Origin: the human T2T-CHM13v2.0 reference genome, Homo sapiens
Strand: one strand, 5' to 3'
NCBI RefSeq assembly: GCF_009914755.1
Contig: NC_060933.1
DNA length: 64,000 nt
How positions within the stretch are numbered: position 1 is the first letter of the stretch; each line of letters opens with the position of its first letter. The notes under the pieces were generated by a model. The model saw only the letters and a list, made by a program, of their open reading frames with translations, did not search any database and was not told the DNA's origin. Positions 1 through 15,200 of the stretch are shown in pieces. Both the position numbers and the translations under genes were made by a program.

Positions 1-3000
1 TGGAATCAACCCGAGTGCAGGTGAATGGAATGGAATGGAAGGCAATGGAATGCAATCATCCGGAATTGAATGGAATGGAATGGAATGGAATGGAATCAAC
101 TCGATTGCAATGGAATGTAATGGAATGGAATGGAATGGAATTAACCCTAATAGAATGGAATGGAATGGAATGGAAGGGAATGGAATGGAATGGAATGGAA
201 TGGAATTAACCGGAATAGAATGCAATGGAATGGAATGGAATGGAATGGAATGGAATGGAATGAAAAGGAATCAACTCGATTTCAATGGAATGGAATGGAA
301 TGGAATGGAATGGAATGGAATGGAATGAAATTAACCCGAATAGAATGGAATGGAATGGAATGGAATGGAATGGAATGGAATGGAATGGAATAGAGTGGAA
401 TGGAATGGAATGGAATAGAATGGAATCCACCCGAGTGCAGGGGAATGGAATGGAATGGAATGCAATGGAATGGAATCATACGGAATGGAATGGAATGGAA
501 TGGAATGGAATCAACCGGATTGCAATGGAATGGAGTGGAATGGAATGGAATGGAATGGAAACAACCCGAATGGAATGGAATGGAATGGAATGGAGTGTAA
601 GGGAATTGAATAGAATCAATACGAATGTAATGGAATGGAATGGAACGGAATGGAATGCAATGGAATGGAATGGAATCCAATGGAATGGGTTCAACCCGAG
701 TGCAATGGAATGGAATCGAAAGTAATGGAATGGAATGGAATGGATTCAACACGAATGGAATGTAAAGGAATGGAATCAACCCGAGTGGAATGGAATTTAA
801 TGGAATGGAATGGAATGGAATGCAGTGAAATGGAATCAAACCTAGTGCAATGGAATGGAATGGAATGGAATGGAATGGAATGGAATGGAATGGAATGGAT
901 TAGATTCAACCCAAATGGAATGGAAAGCAATGGAATCAACCCGAGTGGAATGGCATGGAATGGAATGGAATGGAATGGAATGGAATGGAAAGGTACGGAA
1001 TAGAATGGAATGGAACGAAATGGAATGGAATGGGATGGAATGGAATGGAATGGAATGGAATGGAATAGAATGGAATCCACCCGATTACAGGGGAATGGAA
1101 TGGAATGGAATGCAAAGGAATGGAATGGAATGGATTCAACCCGAATGGAATGAGAAGGAAAGGAATAATCCCGAGTGAAATGGCATGGAAGGGAATGGAA
1201 TGGAATGGAATGGTACGGAGTAGAATGGAATGGAACGAAATGGAATGGAATGGAATGGAATGGAATGGAATGAACCCGTGAGCAATGGAATGGAATGGAA
1301 TGGAATGGAATGGAATGGAATTTGTTCAACTCGAATGGAATGGAAAGGAATGGAATCAACCCGAGTGGAATGGCATGGATTGGAAAGGAATGGAATGGAA
1401 TGGAATGGAATGGAATGGAATGGAATGGATTCAACCCGAATGGAATGGAAAGGAATGGAATAAACCCGAGTGGAATGGCATGGAACGGAGTGGAATGGAA
1501 TGGAATGGAAGGGAATGGTACGGAATAGAATGGAATGGAACGAAATGGAATGGAATGGAACGGAATGGAATGGAATGGAATGGAATGGAATGGAATGAAC
1601 CCGTGTGCAATTGAATGGAATCGAATGGAATGGAATGCAATGGAATGGATTCAACTAGAATGGAATGGAAAGGAATGGAATCAACCCGAGTGGAATGGCA
1701 TGGAATGGAATGGAATGGAATGGAACGGAATGGAATGGAATCAACTCGATTGCAAAGGAATGTAATGGAATGGAATGGAACGGAATTAACGCAAATAGAA
1801 TGGAATGGAAAGGAATGGAACGGAATGGAATGAAAAGAAATGGAATGGAATCAATCTGAGTGCAGGGGAATGCAATGGAATGGAATGCAATGGAATGGAA
1901 TGGAATGGAATGCAATGGAATCACCTCGATTGCAATGGGATGGAATGGAATGGAATGGAATGGAAGGGAATGGAATGGAATGGAATTAACCTGAACAGAA
2001 TGGAATGGAATGGAATGGAATGGAATGGAATGCAATGGAATGGAATCAATCAACCCGAGTGCAATAGAATGCAGTGGAATGGAATGGAATGGAATGGAAT
2101 GGAATGGAATGGAATGGAATGGAATGGAATGGAATGAAATGGAATGGCAGGGAATGGAATGGAATCAACCCGAGTGCAAAGGAATGGAATGGAATGGAAT
2201 GGAATGGAATGGAATGGAATGGAATGGATTCAACCCGAATGGAATGGAAAGGAATGGAATAAACCTGAGTGGAATCGCATGGAATGGAATGGAATGGAAT
2301 GGAATGGAATGGTACGGAATAGAATGGAATGGAAAGTAATGGAATGGAATGGAATGGAATGGAATGGAATCAACCTGAGTGCAATGGAATGGAGTGGAAT
2401 GGAATGTAATGGAATGGAAACAACCCGAATGGAATGGAATGTCATGGAGTGTAAGGGAATTGAATACAATCAATCCGAATGTAATGGAATGGAATGGAAC
2501 GGAATGGAATGGAATGGAATGTAGTGGAATGGAATCAAACCTAGTGCAATGGAATGGAATGGAATGGAATGGAATGAAATGGAATGGAATGGAATGGAAT
2601 GGAATGGAATGGATTGGTTCCAACCCAAAAGGAATGGAAAACAATGGAATCAACCCGAGTGGAATGGCATGGAATGGAATGGAATGGAATGGAATGGAAT
2701 GGAATGGTACAGAATAGAATGGAATGGAATGAAATGGAATGGAATGGAATGGAATGGAACGGAATGGAATGGAATCAACTCGATTGCAATGCAATGTAAT
2801 GGAATGGAATGGAATGGAATTAACGCGAATAGAATGGAATGGAATGTAATGGAACGGAATGGAATGGAATGGGATGGAATGGAATCAATCTGAGTGCAGG
2901 GGAATGGAATGGAATGGAATGCAATGGAATGGAATGGAATGGAATGGAATGGAATGCAATGGAATCAACTAGATTGCAATGGGATGGAATGGAATGGAAT

Positions 3001-6000
3001 GGAATGGAAGGGAATGGAATGGAATGGAATTAACCTGAACAGAATGGAATGGAATGGAATGGAACGGAATGGAAGGGAATGGAATGGAATGGAATTAAGC
3101 TGAAGAGAATAGAATGGAATGGAATGGAACGGAATGGAATGGAATGGAATGGAATGGAATGCAATGGAATGGGATCAACCCGAGTGCAGGGGAATGGAAT
3201 GGAATGGAATGCAATGGAATGGAATCAATCAACCCGAGTGCAATAGAATGCAGTGGAATGGAATGGAATGGAATGGAAAGTACCCGAATGGAAAGGAATG
3301 TAATGGAGTGTAAGGGAATTAAAAAGAATCAATCCGAATGTAATGGAATGGAAGGGAACGGAATGGAATGGAATGGAATGGAATGGAATGAAATGGAATG
3401 GCATGGAATGGAATGGAATCAACCTGAGTTCAATGGAATGGAATGGAATGGAATGGAATGGATTCAACCCGAATGGAATGGAAAGGAATGGAATAAACCC
3501 GAGTGAAATGGCATGGAAGGGAATGGAATGGAATGGAATGGTAAGGAATAGAATGGAATGGAACGAAATGGAATGGAATGGAATGGAATGGAATGGAATG
3601 GAATGGAATGAACCCGTGTGCAATGGAATGGAATGGAATGGAATGGAATGGAATGGAATGGAATGGAATGGGTTCAACTAGAATGGAATGGAAAGGAATG
3701 GAATCAACCCGAGTGGAATGGCATGGAATGGAATGGAAAGGAATGGAATGGAATGGAATGGAATGGAATGGAATGGAATGGAATGGAATGAAATGGAATG
3801 GAAGGGAATGGATTGAAATGGAATGGAATGGAATGGAATGGAATCAACCCGAGTGCAATGTAATGGAATTGAATGGAATGGAATGGAATGGAATGGAATG
3901 AATTCTACCCGAATGGAATGGAAAGGAATGGAATAAACCCGAGTGGAATGGCATGGAATGGATTGGAATGGAATGGAATGGAATACTACGGAAGAGAATG
4001 GAATGGAACGAAATGGAATGGAATGGAATGAACACGTGAGCAATGGAATGGAATGGAATGGAATGGAATGGAATGGAATGGATTCAACTCGAATGGAATG
4101 GAAAGGAATGGAACCAACCCGAGTGGAATGGCATGGAATGGAATGGAATGGAATGGAATGGAACGGAATGGAATGGAATCAACTCGATTGCAAAGGAATG
4201 TAATGGAATGGAATGGAACGGAATTAACGCAAATAGAATGGAATGGAAAGGAATGGAAAGGAATGGAATGGAAAGGAATGGAATGGAATCAATCTGAGTG
4301 CAGGGGAATGGAATGGAATGGAGTGCAATGGAATGGAATGGAATGGAATGCAATGGAATCACCTCGATTGCAATGGGATGGAATGGAATGGAATGGAATG
4401 GAAGGGAATGGAATGGAATGGAATTAACCTGAACAGAATGGAATGGAATGGTATGGAATGGAATGGAATGGAATGGAATGGAATGCAATGGAATGGAATC
4501 AATCAACGCGAGTGCAATAGAATGCAGTGGAATGGAATGGAATGGAATGGAAAGTACCCGAATGGAATGGAATGGAATGGAGTGTAAGGGAATTAAAAAG
4601 AATCAATCCGAATGTAATGGAATGGAATTGAAAGGAAAGGAATGGAATGGAATGGAATGGAATGGAATGGAATGGAATGGAATGAAATGGAATGGCATAG
4701 AATGGAATGGAATCAACCCGAGCGCAATGGAATGGAATGGAATGGAATGGAATGGAATGGAATGGATTCAACCCGAATGGAATGGAAAGGAATGGAATAA
4801 ACCCGAGTGAAATGGCATGGAAGGGAATGGAATGGAATGGAATGGTACGGAGTAGAATGGAATGGAACGAAATGGAATGGAATGGAATGGAATGGAATGG
4901 AATGGAATGAACCCGTGAGCAATGGAATGGAATGGAATGGAATGGATTGGAATGGATTCAACCCGAATGGAATGGAAAGGAATGGAATAAACCCGAGTGA
5001 AATGGCATGGAATGGAATGGAATGGAATGGAATGGTACGGAGTAGAATGGAACGGAACGAAATGGAATGGAATGGAATGGAATGGAATGGAATGGAATGG
5101 AATGAACCCGTGAGCAATGGAATGGAATGGAATGGAATGGAATGGAATGGAATGGAATGGGTTCAATTCGAATGGAATGGAAAGGAATGGAATCAACCCG
5201 AGTGCAATGGCATGGAATGGAATGGAATGGAATGGAATGGAATGGAATGGAATGGAATGGATTCAACCCAAATGGAATGGAAAGGAATGGAATAAAAACG
5301 AGTGGAATGGCATGGAATGGAGTGGAATGGAATGGAATGGAATGGAATGGAATGGAATGGAATTAACCCTAATAGAATGGAATGGAATGGAATGGAATGG
5401 AATAGAAGGGAATGGAATGGAATGGAATGGAATGGAATTAACCCGAATAGAATGGAATGGAATGGAATGGAATGGAATGGAATGGAATCAACTCGATTTC
5501 AATGGAATGGAATGGAATGGAATGGAATGGAAGGGAATGGAATGGAATGGAATGAAATTAACCCGAATAGAATGGAATGGAATGGAATGGAATGGAATGG
5601 AATGGAATGGAATGGAATAGAATGTAATCCAACCGAGTGCAGGGGAATGGAATGGAATGGAATGCAATGGAATGGAATCATACGGAATGGAATGGAATGG
5701 AATGGAATGCAATGGAATGGAATGGAATCAACCCGATTGCAATGGAATGGAGTGGAATGGAATGGAATGGAATGGAAACAACCCGAATGGAATGGAATGG
5801 AAAGGAATCGAATGGAATCAACCTGAGTGCAGGGGAATGGAATGGAATGGAATGCAATGGAATGTAATGGAATGGAATGCAATGGAATCAACCCGAGTGC
5901 AATGTAATGGAATCGAATGGAATGGAATGGATTCAACCCGAATGGAATGGAAAGGAATGGAATAAACCCGAGTGGAATGGCATGGAGTGGAGTGGAATGG

Positions 6001-9000
6001 AATGGAATGGAATAGAATGGAATGGTACGGAATAGAATGGAATGGAACGAAATGGAATGGAATGGAATGGAATGGAATGGAATGGAATGGAATGGAATGG
6101 AATCAAACCGAGTGCAGGGGAATGGAATGGAATTGAAGGCAATGGAATGGAATCATCCGGAATTGAATGGAATGGAATGGAATCAACTCGATTGCAATGG
6201 AATGGAATGGAATGGCATGGAATGGAATGGAATGGAATGCAATGCAATGGAATGCAATGGAATGGAATGGAATTAACCCGAATAGAATGGAATGGAATGG
6301 AATGGAAGTAAATGGAATGGAAGGTAATGAACCCGAGTGCAGGGGAATGGAATGGAATGGAATGCAATGGAATGGAGTCATCCGGAATGGAACGGAAAGG
6401 AATGGAATGGAACCAACCCGTGTGCAATGGAATTGAAAGGAATGGAATGGAATGGAATGGAATGGAATGGAATGGAATGGAATGGATTCAACCCGAATGG
6501 AATGGAAAGGAAGGGAATCAACCCAAGTGGAATGGCATGGAATGGAATGGATTGGAATGGAATGGAATGGAATGCTACCGAATAGAATGGAATGGAACGA
6601 AATGGAGTAGAATGGAATGGAATGGAATGCAATCAACCCGAGTGCAATGGAATGGAGTGGAATGGATTGGAATGGAATGGAAACAACCTGAATGGAATGG
6701 AATGAAATGGAGTGTAAGGGAATTGAATACAATCAAACCGAATGTAATGGAATGGAATGGAACGGAATGGAATGGAATGGAATGGAATGCAGTGGAATGG
6801 AATCAAACCTAGTGCAATGGAATGGAATTGAATGGAATGGAATGGAATGGAATGGAATGGAATGGAATCAATTGGATTGCAATGGAATGGAATGGAATGG
6901 AATGGAATGGAATGGGTTCAACTCGAATGGAATGGAAAGGAATGGAATCAACCCGAGTGGAATGGCATTGAATGGAATGCAATGGAATGGAATGGAATGG
7001 AATGGAATGCAATGGAATGGAATGGAATGCAATGGAATCAACCCGAGTGCTATGTAATGGAATTGAATGGAATGGAATGGAATGGAATGGAATGGATTCA
7101 ACCCGAATGGAATGGAAAGGAATGGAATAAACCCGAGTGGAATGGCATGGAATGGAGTGGAATGGAATGGAATGGAATGGAATGGAATGGAATGGTACGG
7201 AATAGAATGGAATGGAACGAAATGGAATGTAATGTAATGGAATGGAATGGAATGGAATGAACCCGTGTGCAATGGAATGGAATGGAAGGGAATGGAATGG
7301 AATGGAATGAACCAGTGTGCAATGGAATGGAATCGAATGGAATGGAATGGAATGGAATGGATTCAAGTCGAATGGAATGGAAAGGAATGGAATCAACCCG
7401 AGTGGAATGGCATGGAATGGAATGGAATGAAATGGAATGGAATGGAATGGAATGGTACGGAATAGAACGGAATGAAACGAAATGGAATGGAATGGAATGG
7501 AATGGAATGGAATGGAAAGGAATGGAATGGAATCAACCCGAGTGCAGGTGAATGGAATGGAATGGAAGGCAATGGAATGCAATCATCCGGAATTGAATGG
7601 AATGGAATGGAATGCAATGGAATCAACTCGATTGCAATGGAATGTAATGGAATGGAATGGAATGGAATTAACCCTAATAGAATGGAATGGAATGGAATGG
7701 AATGGAATGGAAAGGAATGGAATGGAATCAACCCGAGTGCAGGTGAATGGAATGGAATGGAAGGCAATGGAATGCAATCATCCGGAATTGAATGGAATGG
7801 AATGGAATGGAATGGAATGGAATCAACTCGATTGCAATGGAATGTAATGGAATGGAATGGAATGGAATTAACCCTAATAGAATGGAATGGAATGGAATGG
7901 AAGGGAATGGAATGGAATGGAATGGAATGGAATTAACCGGAATAGAATGCAATGGAATGGAATGGAATGGAATGGAATGGAATGGAATGAAAAGGAATCA
8001 ACTCGATTTCAATGGAATGGAATGGAATGGAATGGAATGGAATGGAATGGAATGAAATTAACCCGAATAGAATGGAATGGAATGGAATGGAATGGAATGG
8101 AATGGAATGGAATAGAGTGGAATGGAATGGAATGGAATAGAATGGAATCCACCCGAGTGCAGGGGAATGGAATGGAATGGAATGCAATGGAATGGAATCA
8201 TACGGAATGGAATGGAATGGAATGGAATGGAATCAACCGGATTGCAATGGAATGGAGTGGAATGGAATGGAATGGAATGGAAACAACCCGAATGGAATGG
8301 AATGGAATGGAATGGAGTGTAAGGGAATTGAATAGAATCAATACGAATGTAATGGAATGGAATGGAACGGAATGGAATGCAATGGAATGGAATGGAATCC
8401 AATGGAATGGGTTCAACCCGAGTGCAATGGAATGGAATCGAAAGTAATGGAATGGAATGGAATGGATTCAACACGAATGGAATGTAAAGGAATGGAATCA
8501 ACCCGAGTGGAATGGAATTTAATGGAATGGAATGGAATGGAATGCAGTGAAATGGAATCAAACCTAGTGCAATGGAATGGAATGGAATGGAATGGAATGG
8601 AATGGAATGGATTAGATTCAACCCAAATGGAATGGAAAGCAATGGAATCAACCCGAGTGGAATGGCATGGAATGGAATGGAATGGAATGGAATGGAATGG
8701 AAAGGTACGGAATAGAATGGAATGGAACGAAATGGAATGGAATGGGATGGAATGGAATGGAATGGAATGGAATGGAATAGAATGGAATCCACCCGATTAC
8801 AGGGGAATGGAATGGAATGGAATGCAAAGGAATGGAATGGAATGGATTCAACCCGAATGGAATGGAAAGGAAAGGAATAATCCCGAGTGAAATGGCATGG
8901 AAGGGAATGGAATGGAATGGAATGGTACGGAGTAGAATGGAATGGAACGAAATGGAATGGAATGGAATGGAATAGAATTGAATGAACCCGTGAGCAATGG

Positions 9001-11200
9001 AATGGAATGGAATGGAATGGAATGGAATGGAATTTGTTCAACTCGAATGGAATGGAAAGGAATGGAATCAACCCGAGTGGAATGGCATGGAATGGAAAGG
9101 AATGGAATGGAATGGAATGGAATGGAATGGAATGGAATGGATTCAACCCGAATGGAATGGAAAGGAATGGAATAAACCCGAGAGGAATGGCATGGAACGG
9201 AGTGGAATGGAATGGAATGGAAGGGAATGGTACGGAATAGAATGGAATGGAACGAAATGGAATGGAATGGAACGGAATAGAATGGAATGGAATGGAATGG
9301 AATGGAATGAACCCGTGTGCAATTGAATGGAATCGAATGGAATGGAATGCAATGGAATGGATTCAACTAGAATGGAATGGAAAGGAATGGAATCAACCCG
9401 AGTGGAATGGCATGGTACGGAATGGAATGGAATGGAATGGAATGGAAAGGTACGGAATAGAATGGAATGGAACGAAATGGAATGGAATGGAATGGAATGA
9501 ATGGAATGGAATGGAATATAATGGAATCCACCCGATTGCAGGGGAATGGAATGGAATGGAATGCAATGGAATGGAATGGAATGGATTCAACCCGAATGGA
9601 ATGGAAAGGAATGGAATCAACCCGAGTGGAATGGCATGGAATGGAATGGAATGCAATGGAATAGTACGGAATAGAATGGAATGGAACGAAATGGAATGGA
9701 ATGGAATCAACCTGAGTGCAATGGAATGGAGTGGAATGGAATGTAACGGAACGGAAACAACCCAAATGGAATGGAATGTAATGGAGTTTAAGGGAATTGA
9801 ATACAATCAATCCGAATGTAATGGAATGGAATGGAACGGAATGGAATGGAATGGAATGGAATGGAATGGAATGGAATGGAATGAAATGGAATGGCAGGGA
9901 ATGGAATGGAATCAAACCGAGTGCAAAGGAATGGAATGGAATGTAATGGAAGGGAATGGAATGGAATGGATTCAACCCGAATGGAATGGAAAGGAATGTA
10001 ATAAACCTGAGTGGAATGGTATGGAATGGAATGGAATGGAATGGAATGGTACGGAATAGAATGGAATGGAACGAAATGGAATGGAATGGAATGGAATGGA
10101 ATGGAATGGAATGGAATCAACCTGAGTGCAATGGAATGGAGTGGAATGGAATGAAATGGAATGGAAACAACCCGAATGGAATGGAATGTAATGGAGTGTA
10201 AGGGAATTGAATACAATCAATCCGAATATAATGGAATGGAATGGAACGGAATGGAATGGAATGGAATGCCGTGGAATGTAATCAAACCTAGTGCAATGGA
10301 ATGGAATGGAATGGAATGGAATGGAATGGAATGGAATGGATAGGATTCAACCCAAATGGAATGGAAAGCAATGGAATCAACCCGAGTGGAATGGCATGGA
10401 ATGGAATGGAATGGAATGGAATGGAATGGAATGGAATGGTACAGAATAAAATGGAATGGAACGAAATGGAATGGAATGGAATGGAATGGAACGGAATGGA
10501 ATGGAATCAACTCGATTGCAATGGAATGTAATGGAATGGAATGGAATGGAATTAACGCGAATAGAATGGAATGGAATGGAATGGAACGGAATGGAATGGA
10601 ATGGGATGGAATGGAATCAATCTGAGTGCAGGTGAATGGAATGGAATGGAATGCAATGGAATTGAATGGAATGGAATGGAATGCAATGGAATCAACTAGA
10701 TTGAAATGGGATGGAATGGAATGGAATGGAATGGAAGGGAATGGAATGGAATGGAATTAACCTGAACAGAATGGAATGGAATGGAATGGAACGGAATGGA
10801 AGGGAATGGAATGGAATGGAATTAACCTGAACAGAATGGAATGGAATGGAATGGAACGGAATGGAATGGAATGGAATGGAATGGAATGGAATGCAATGAA
10901 ATGGGATCAACCCGAGTGCAGGGGAATGGAATGGAATGCAATGCAATGGAATGGAATCAATGAACCCGAGTGCAATAGAATGCAGTGGAATGGAATGGAA
11001 TGGAATGGAAAGTACCCGAATGGAATGGAATGGAATGGAGTGTAAGGGAATTAAAAAGAATCAATCCGAATGTAATGGAATGGAATGGAACGGAATGGAA
11101 TGGAATGGAATGGAATGGAATGGAATGGAATGGAATGGAATGGAATTAACCCGAATAGAATGGAATGGAATGGAATGGAATGGAATGGAATGGAATGGAA
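1..11200 (+). repeat. HSat3 sub-domain A (distinct motif vocabulary)
   Basis: GAACCCGTG(A/T)GC, CAAACCTAGTGC, TAACCTGAACAG, CAATCTGAGTGC, AAGTACCCG and TTAAAAAGAATC occur here and were not seen downstream. The domain-B motifs CGTTCCGAG, CTTCCGG, CAACTTG and GAGAGTAAGGGAGTT are absent. Confidence 0.85.
7728..11100 (+). repeat. Duplicate of 1-~3400 at ~7.7 kb offset (candidate ~7.7 kb higher-order unit)
   Basis: 1-1700 is near-identical to 7728-9410 (ORF pairs 400..600/8122..8322, 936..1139/8648..8851, 1431..1640/9143..9352). 2140-3340 is collinear with 9890-11080 but more diverged. Confidence 0.85.
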
Positions 11201-12283
11201 GGGAATGGAATGGAATTGAATGGAATGGAATGCCTTCAAAACGAATGGAATGGAAAGGAATTGAATCAACAAGAGTGGAATGGAATGGAATGGAATGGAA
11301 AGGAATGGAATGGAATGGAATGGTACGGAATAGAATGGAATGGAAGGAAATGGAATGAAATGGAATGGAATGGAATGGAATGGAATCGTTCCAAGTGGAA
11401 TAGGAGGGAATGTATTCGAGTGGAATGGAAAGGAATGGAATCAACCAGAGTGGAATGGAAGGGAATGGAATGGAATGGAAACTAATAGAATGGAATCAAC
11501 CCGAGTGGAATGGCATGGAATGGAATGCAATGGAATGGAATAGAATGGAATCAACACGAGTGGAAAGGAATGGAATGGAATGGTAAGGAATGGAATGAAA
11601 TCAACTCGAGTGGAATGGAATGGAATGGAATGGATTGGAATGGATTGCAATGGAATGAAATGGAATGGAATGGAATGGAATCAATCATTCCGAGTGGAAT
11701 GGAAGGGAATGTAATTGAGTGGAAAGAAGGGAATGGAATCAACCCGATTGGAATGCAAGGCAATGGAATGGAATGGAAAGGAATGGAATGGAATCAACTC
11801 GATTGCAATGGAATGGAATGGAATGGAATGGAATGGAATGGAATAGAATTAACCGGAATAGAATGGAATGCAATGGAATGGATTCAACTTGAATGGAAAG
11901 TAAAGAATGGAATCAACGCGAGTGGAATGGCATGGATTAGAATAGAATGGAATGGAATCAATCCGAGTACAGGGGCATGGAATGGAATGGAATGCAATTG
12001 AATGGAATCATCCGTAATGGAATGGAAAGGAATGGAATGGAATGGAATGGAATGGAATGGAATGGAATGGAATGGAGTCAACTCGATTGCAATCGAATGG
12101 AATGGAATGGAATTAACCCGAATAGAATGGAATGGAATGGAATGGAACGGAACGGAACGGAATGGAATGGAATGGAATGGAACGGAACGGAACGGAATGG
12201 AATGGAATGGAATGGAATGGAATGGAATGGAATGGAATCAACGCGAGTGCAGGGGAATGGAATGGAATGGAATGCATTGGAAT

Positions 12284-12298
12284 GGAATCTTCCGGAAT
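12284..12298. promoter_or_regulatory. Perfect 3-unit heat-shock element match (first of ~34)
   Basis: GGAAT-CTTCC-GGAAT matches nGAAn-nTTCn-nGAAn. This is a motif match only; binding is not shown by the sequence. Confidence 0.45.
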
Positions 12299-15200
12299 GG
12301 AATGGAATGGAATGGAATGGAATGGAATGGAATGGAATTAACCCGAATAGAATGGAATGGAATGGAATGGAACGGAATGGAACGGAATGGAATGGAATGG
12401 AATGCAATGGAATGGTATGGAATGGAATGGAATGGTACGGAATAGAACGGAATGGAACGAATTGTAATGGAATGGAATTGAATGGAATGGAATGGAATGG
12501 AATGGAATCAACGCGAGTGCAGGGGAATGTAATGGAACGGAATGCAATGGAATGGAATCATCCGGAATGGAATGGAATGGAATGGAATGGAATGGAATGG
12601 AATCAACCCGAGTGCAATGGAATGGAGTGGAATGGAATGGAATGGAATGGAACAACCCGAATAGAATGGAATGTAATGGAGAGTAAGGGAGTTGAATAGA
12701 ATCAATCCGAATGTAATGGAATGGAATGCAACGGAATGGAATGGAATGGAATGGAATGGAATGCAATGGAATGGAATCAACCCGAGTACAATGGAATGGA
12801 ATGGAATGGAATGGAATGGAATGGAATGGAATGCCTTCAAACCGAATGGAATGGAAAGGAATGGAATCAACACGAGTGGAATGGAATGGAATGGAATGGA
12901 ATGGAATGGAATGATACGGAATAGAATGGAATGGAACAAAATGGAATGGAATGGAATGGAATGGAATGGAATGGAATGGAATGGAATGGAATCGTTCCGA
13001 GTGGAATAGGAGGGAATGTATTCGAGTGGAATGGAAAGGAATGGAAACAACCAGAGTGGAATGGAACGGAATGGAATGGAATGGAAACTAATAGAATGGA
13101 ATCAACCCGACTGGAATGGAATGGAAAGGACTGGAATGGAAAGGAATGGAATGGAATGGAATGGAATGGAATGGAATGGAATGGAATCAACGCGAGTGCA
13201 GGGGAATGGAATAGAATCGAATGGAATGGAATGGAATGGAATGGAATCAACCCGAGTGCAGGGGAATGTAATGGAACGGAATGCAATGGAATGGAATCAT
13301 CCGGAATGGAATGGAATGGAATGGAATGGAAACAACCCGAGTGCAATGGAATGGAGTGGAATGGAATGGAACGGAATGGAACAACCCGAATGGAATGGAA
13401 TGTAATGGAGAGTAAGGGAGTTGAAAAGAATCAATCCGAATGAAATGGAATGGAATGGAACGGAATAGAATGGAATGGAATGGAATGGAATGGAATGGAA
13501 TGGAATGGAATGCAATGGAATGGAATCAACCCGAGTACAATGGAATGGAATGGAATGGAATGGAATGGAATGCAATGGAATGGAATCTTCCGGAATGGAA
13601 TGGAATGGAATGGAATGGAATGGAATGGAATGGAATGGAATGCAATGGATTCAACTCGATTGCAATGGAATGGAATAGAATGGAATGGAATGGAACGGAA
13701 TGGAATTAAACCGAATAGAATGGAATGGAATGGAATGGAACGGAACGGAACGGAAAGGAACGGAACGGAACGGAACGGAGTGGAATGGAATGGAATGGAA
13801 TTGTATGGAATGGAATGGAATGGTACGGAATAGAATGGAATGGAAAGAATTGGAATCGAATGGAATCGAATGGAATGGAATGGAATGGAATGGAATCAAC
13901 CAGAGTGCAGGGGAATGTAATGGAACGGAATGCAGTGGAATGGAATCATCCGGAATGGAATGGAATGGAATGGAATGGAATGGAATGGAATGGAATGGAA
14001 TCAACCCGAGTGCAATGGAATGGAGTCGAATGGAATGCAATGGAATGGAAGAACCCGAATGGAATGTAATGTAATGGAGAGTAAGGGAGTTGAATATAAA
14101 CAATCCGAATGTAATGGAATGGAACGGAATGGAATGGAATGGAATGGAACGGAATGGAATGGAATGCAATGGAATGGAATCAACCCGAGTACAATGGAAC
14201 GGAATGGAATGTAATGTAATGTAATGGAATGGAATGGAATGGAATGGAATGGAATGGAATCAACCCGAGTGCAATGGAATGGAGAGGAATGGAATGGAAT
14301 GGAATGGAAACTACCCGAATGGAATGGAATGTAATGGAGTGTAAAGGAATTGAATAGAATCAATCCGAATGCAATGGAATGGAATGGAATGGAACGGAAT
14401 GGATTGGAATGGAATGGAATCAACCCGAGTGCAGGGGAATGGAATGGAATGGAATGCAATGGAATGGAATCATCCGGAATGGAATGGAATGGAATGCAAT
14501 GGAATGGAATGGAATGGAATGGAATTGAATCAACCCAAGTACAATGGAATGGAGTGAAATGGAATGGAATGGAATGGAAACAACCAGAATGGATTGGAAT
14601 ATAATGGAGTGTAAGGGAATTGAATAGAATCAGTCTGAATGTTATGAAATGGAAAGGAACGGAATGGAATGGAATGGAATGCAATGGAATGGAATCAACC
14701 CGAGTGCAATCGAATGGAATCGAATGGAATGGAATGCAATGGAATGGATTCAACTTGAATGGAATGGAATGAATGGAATCAACACGACTGGAATGGCATG
14801 GATTGGAATGGAATGGATTGGAATCAACCCGAGTACAGGGGAATGGAATGGAATGTAATGCAATGGAATGGAATCATCCGTAATGGAATGGAAAGGAATG
14901 GAATGGAATGGAATGGAATGGAATGGAATCAACTCGATTGCAATCGAATGGAATGGAATGGAATTAAACCGAATAGAATAGAATGGAATGGAATGGAACG
15001 GAACGGAACGGAACGGAATGGAATGGAATGGAATGGAACGGAACGGAACGGAACGGAATGGAATGGAATGGAATGGAATGGAATCAACGCGAGTGCAGGG
15101 GAATGGAATGGAATGGAATGCAATGGAATGGAATCATCCGGAATGGAATGGAATGGAATGGAATGGAATGGAATGGAATGGAATCAACTCGATTGCAATC

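Noticed and set aside
12690-12710. TGAATAGAATCA resembling a DUX4 site
   Set aside because: It has two mismatches to TAAYYBAATCA, and near-matches are inevitable in GAAT-rich sequence.
12993-13030. AGGAGG followed shortly by ATG, resembling a Shine-Dalgarno site
   Set aside because: It is an in-register pentamer variant (AGGAG-GGAAT) in eukaryotic satellite, and the downstream ORF is just repeat translation.
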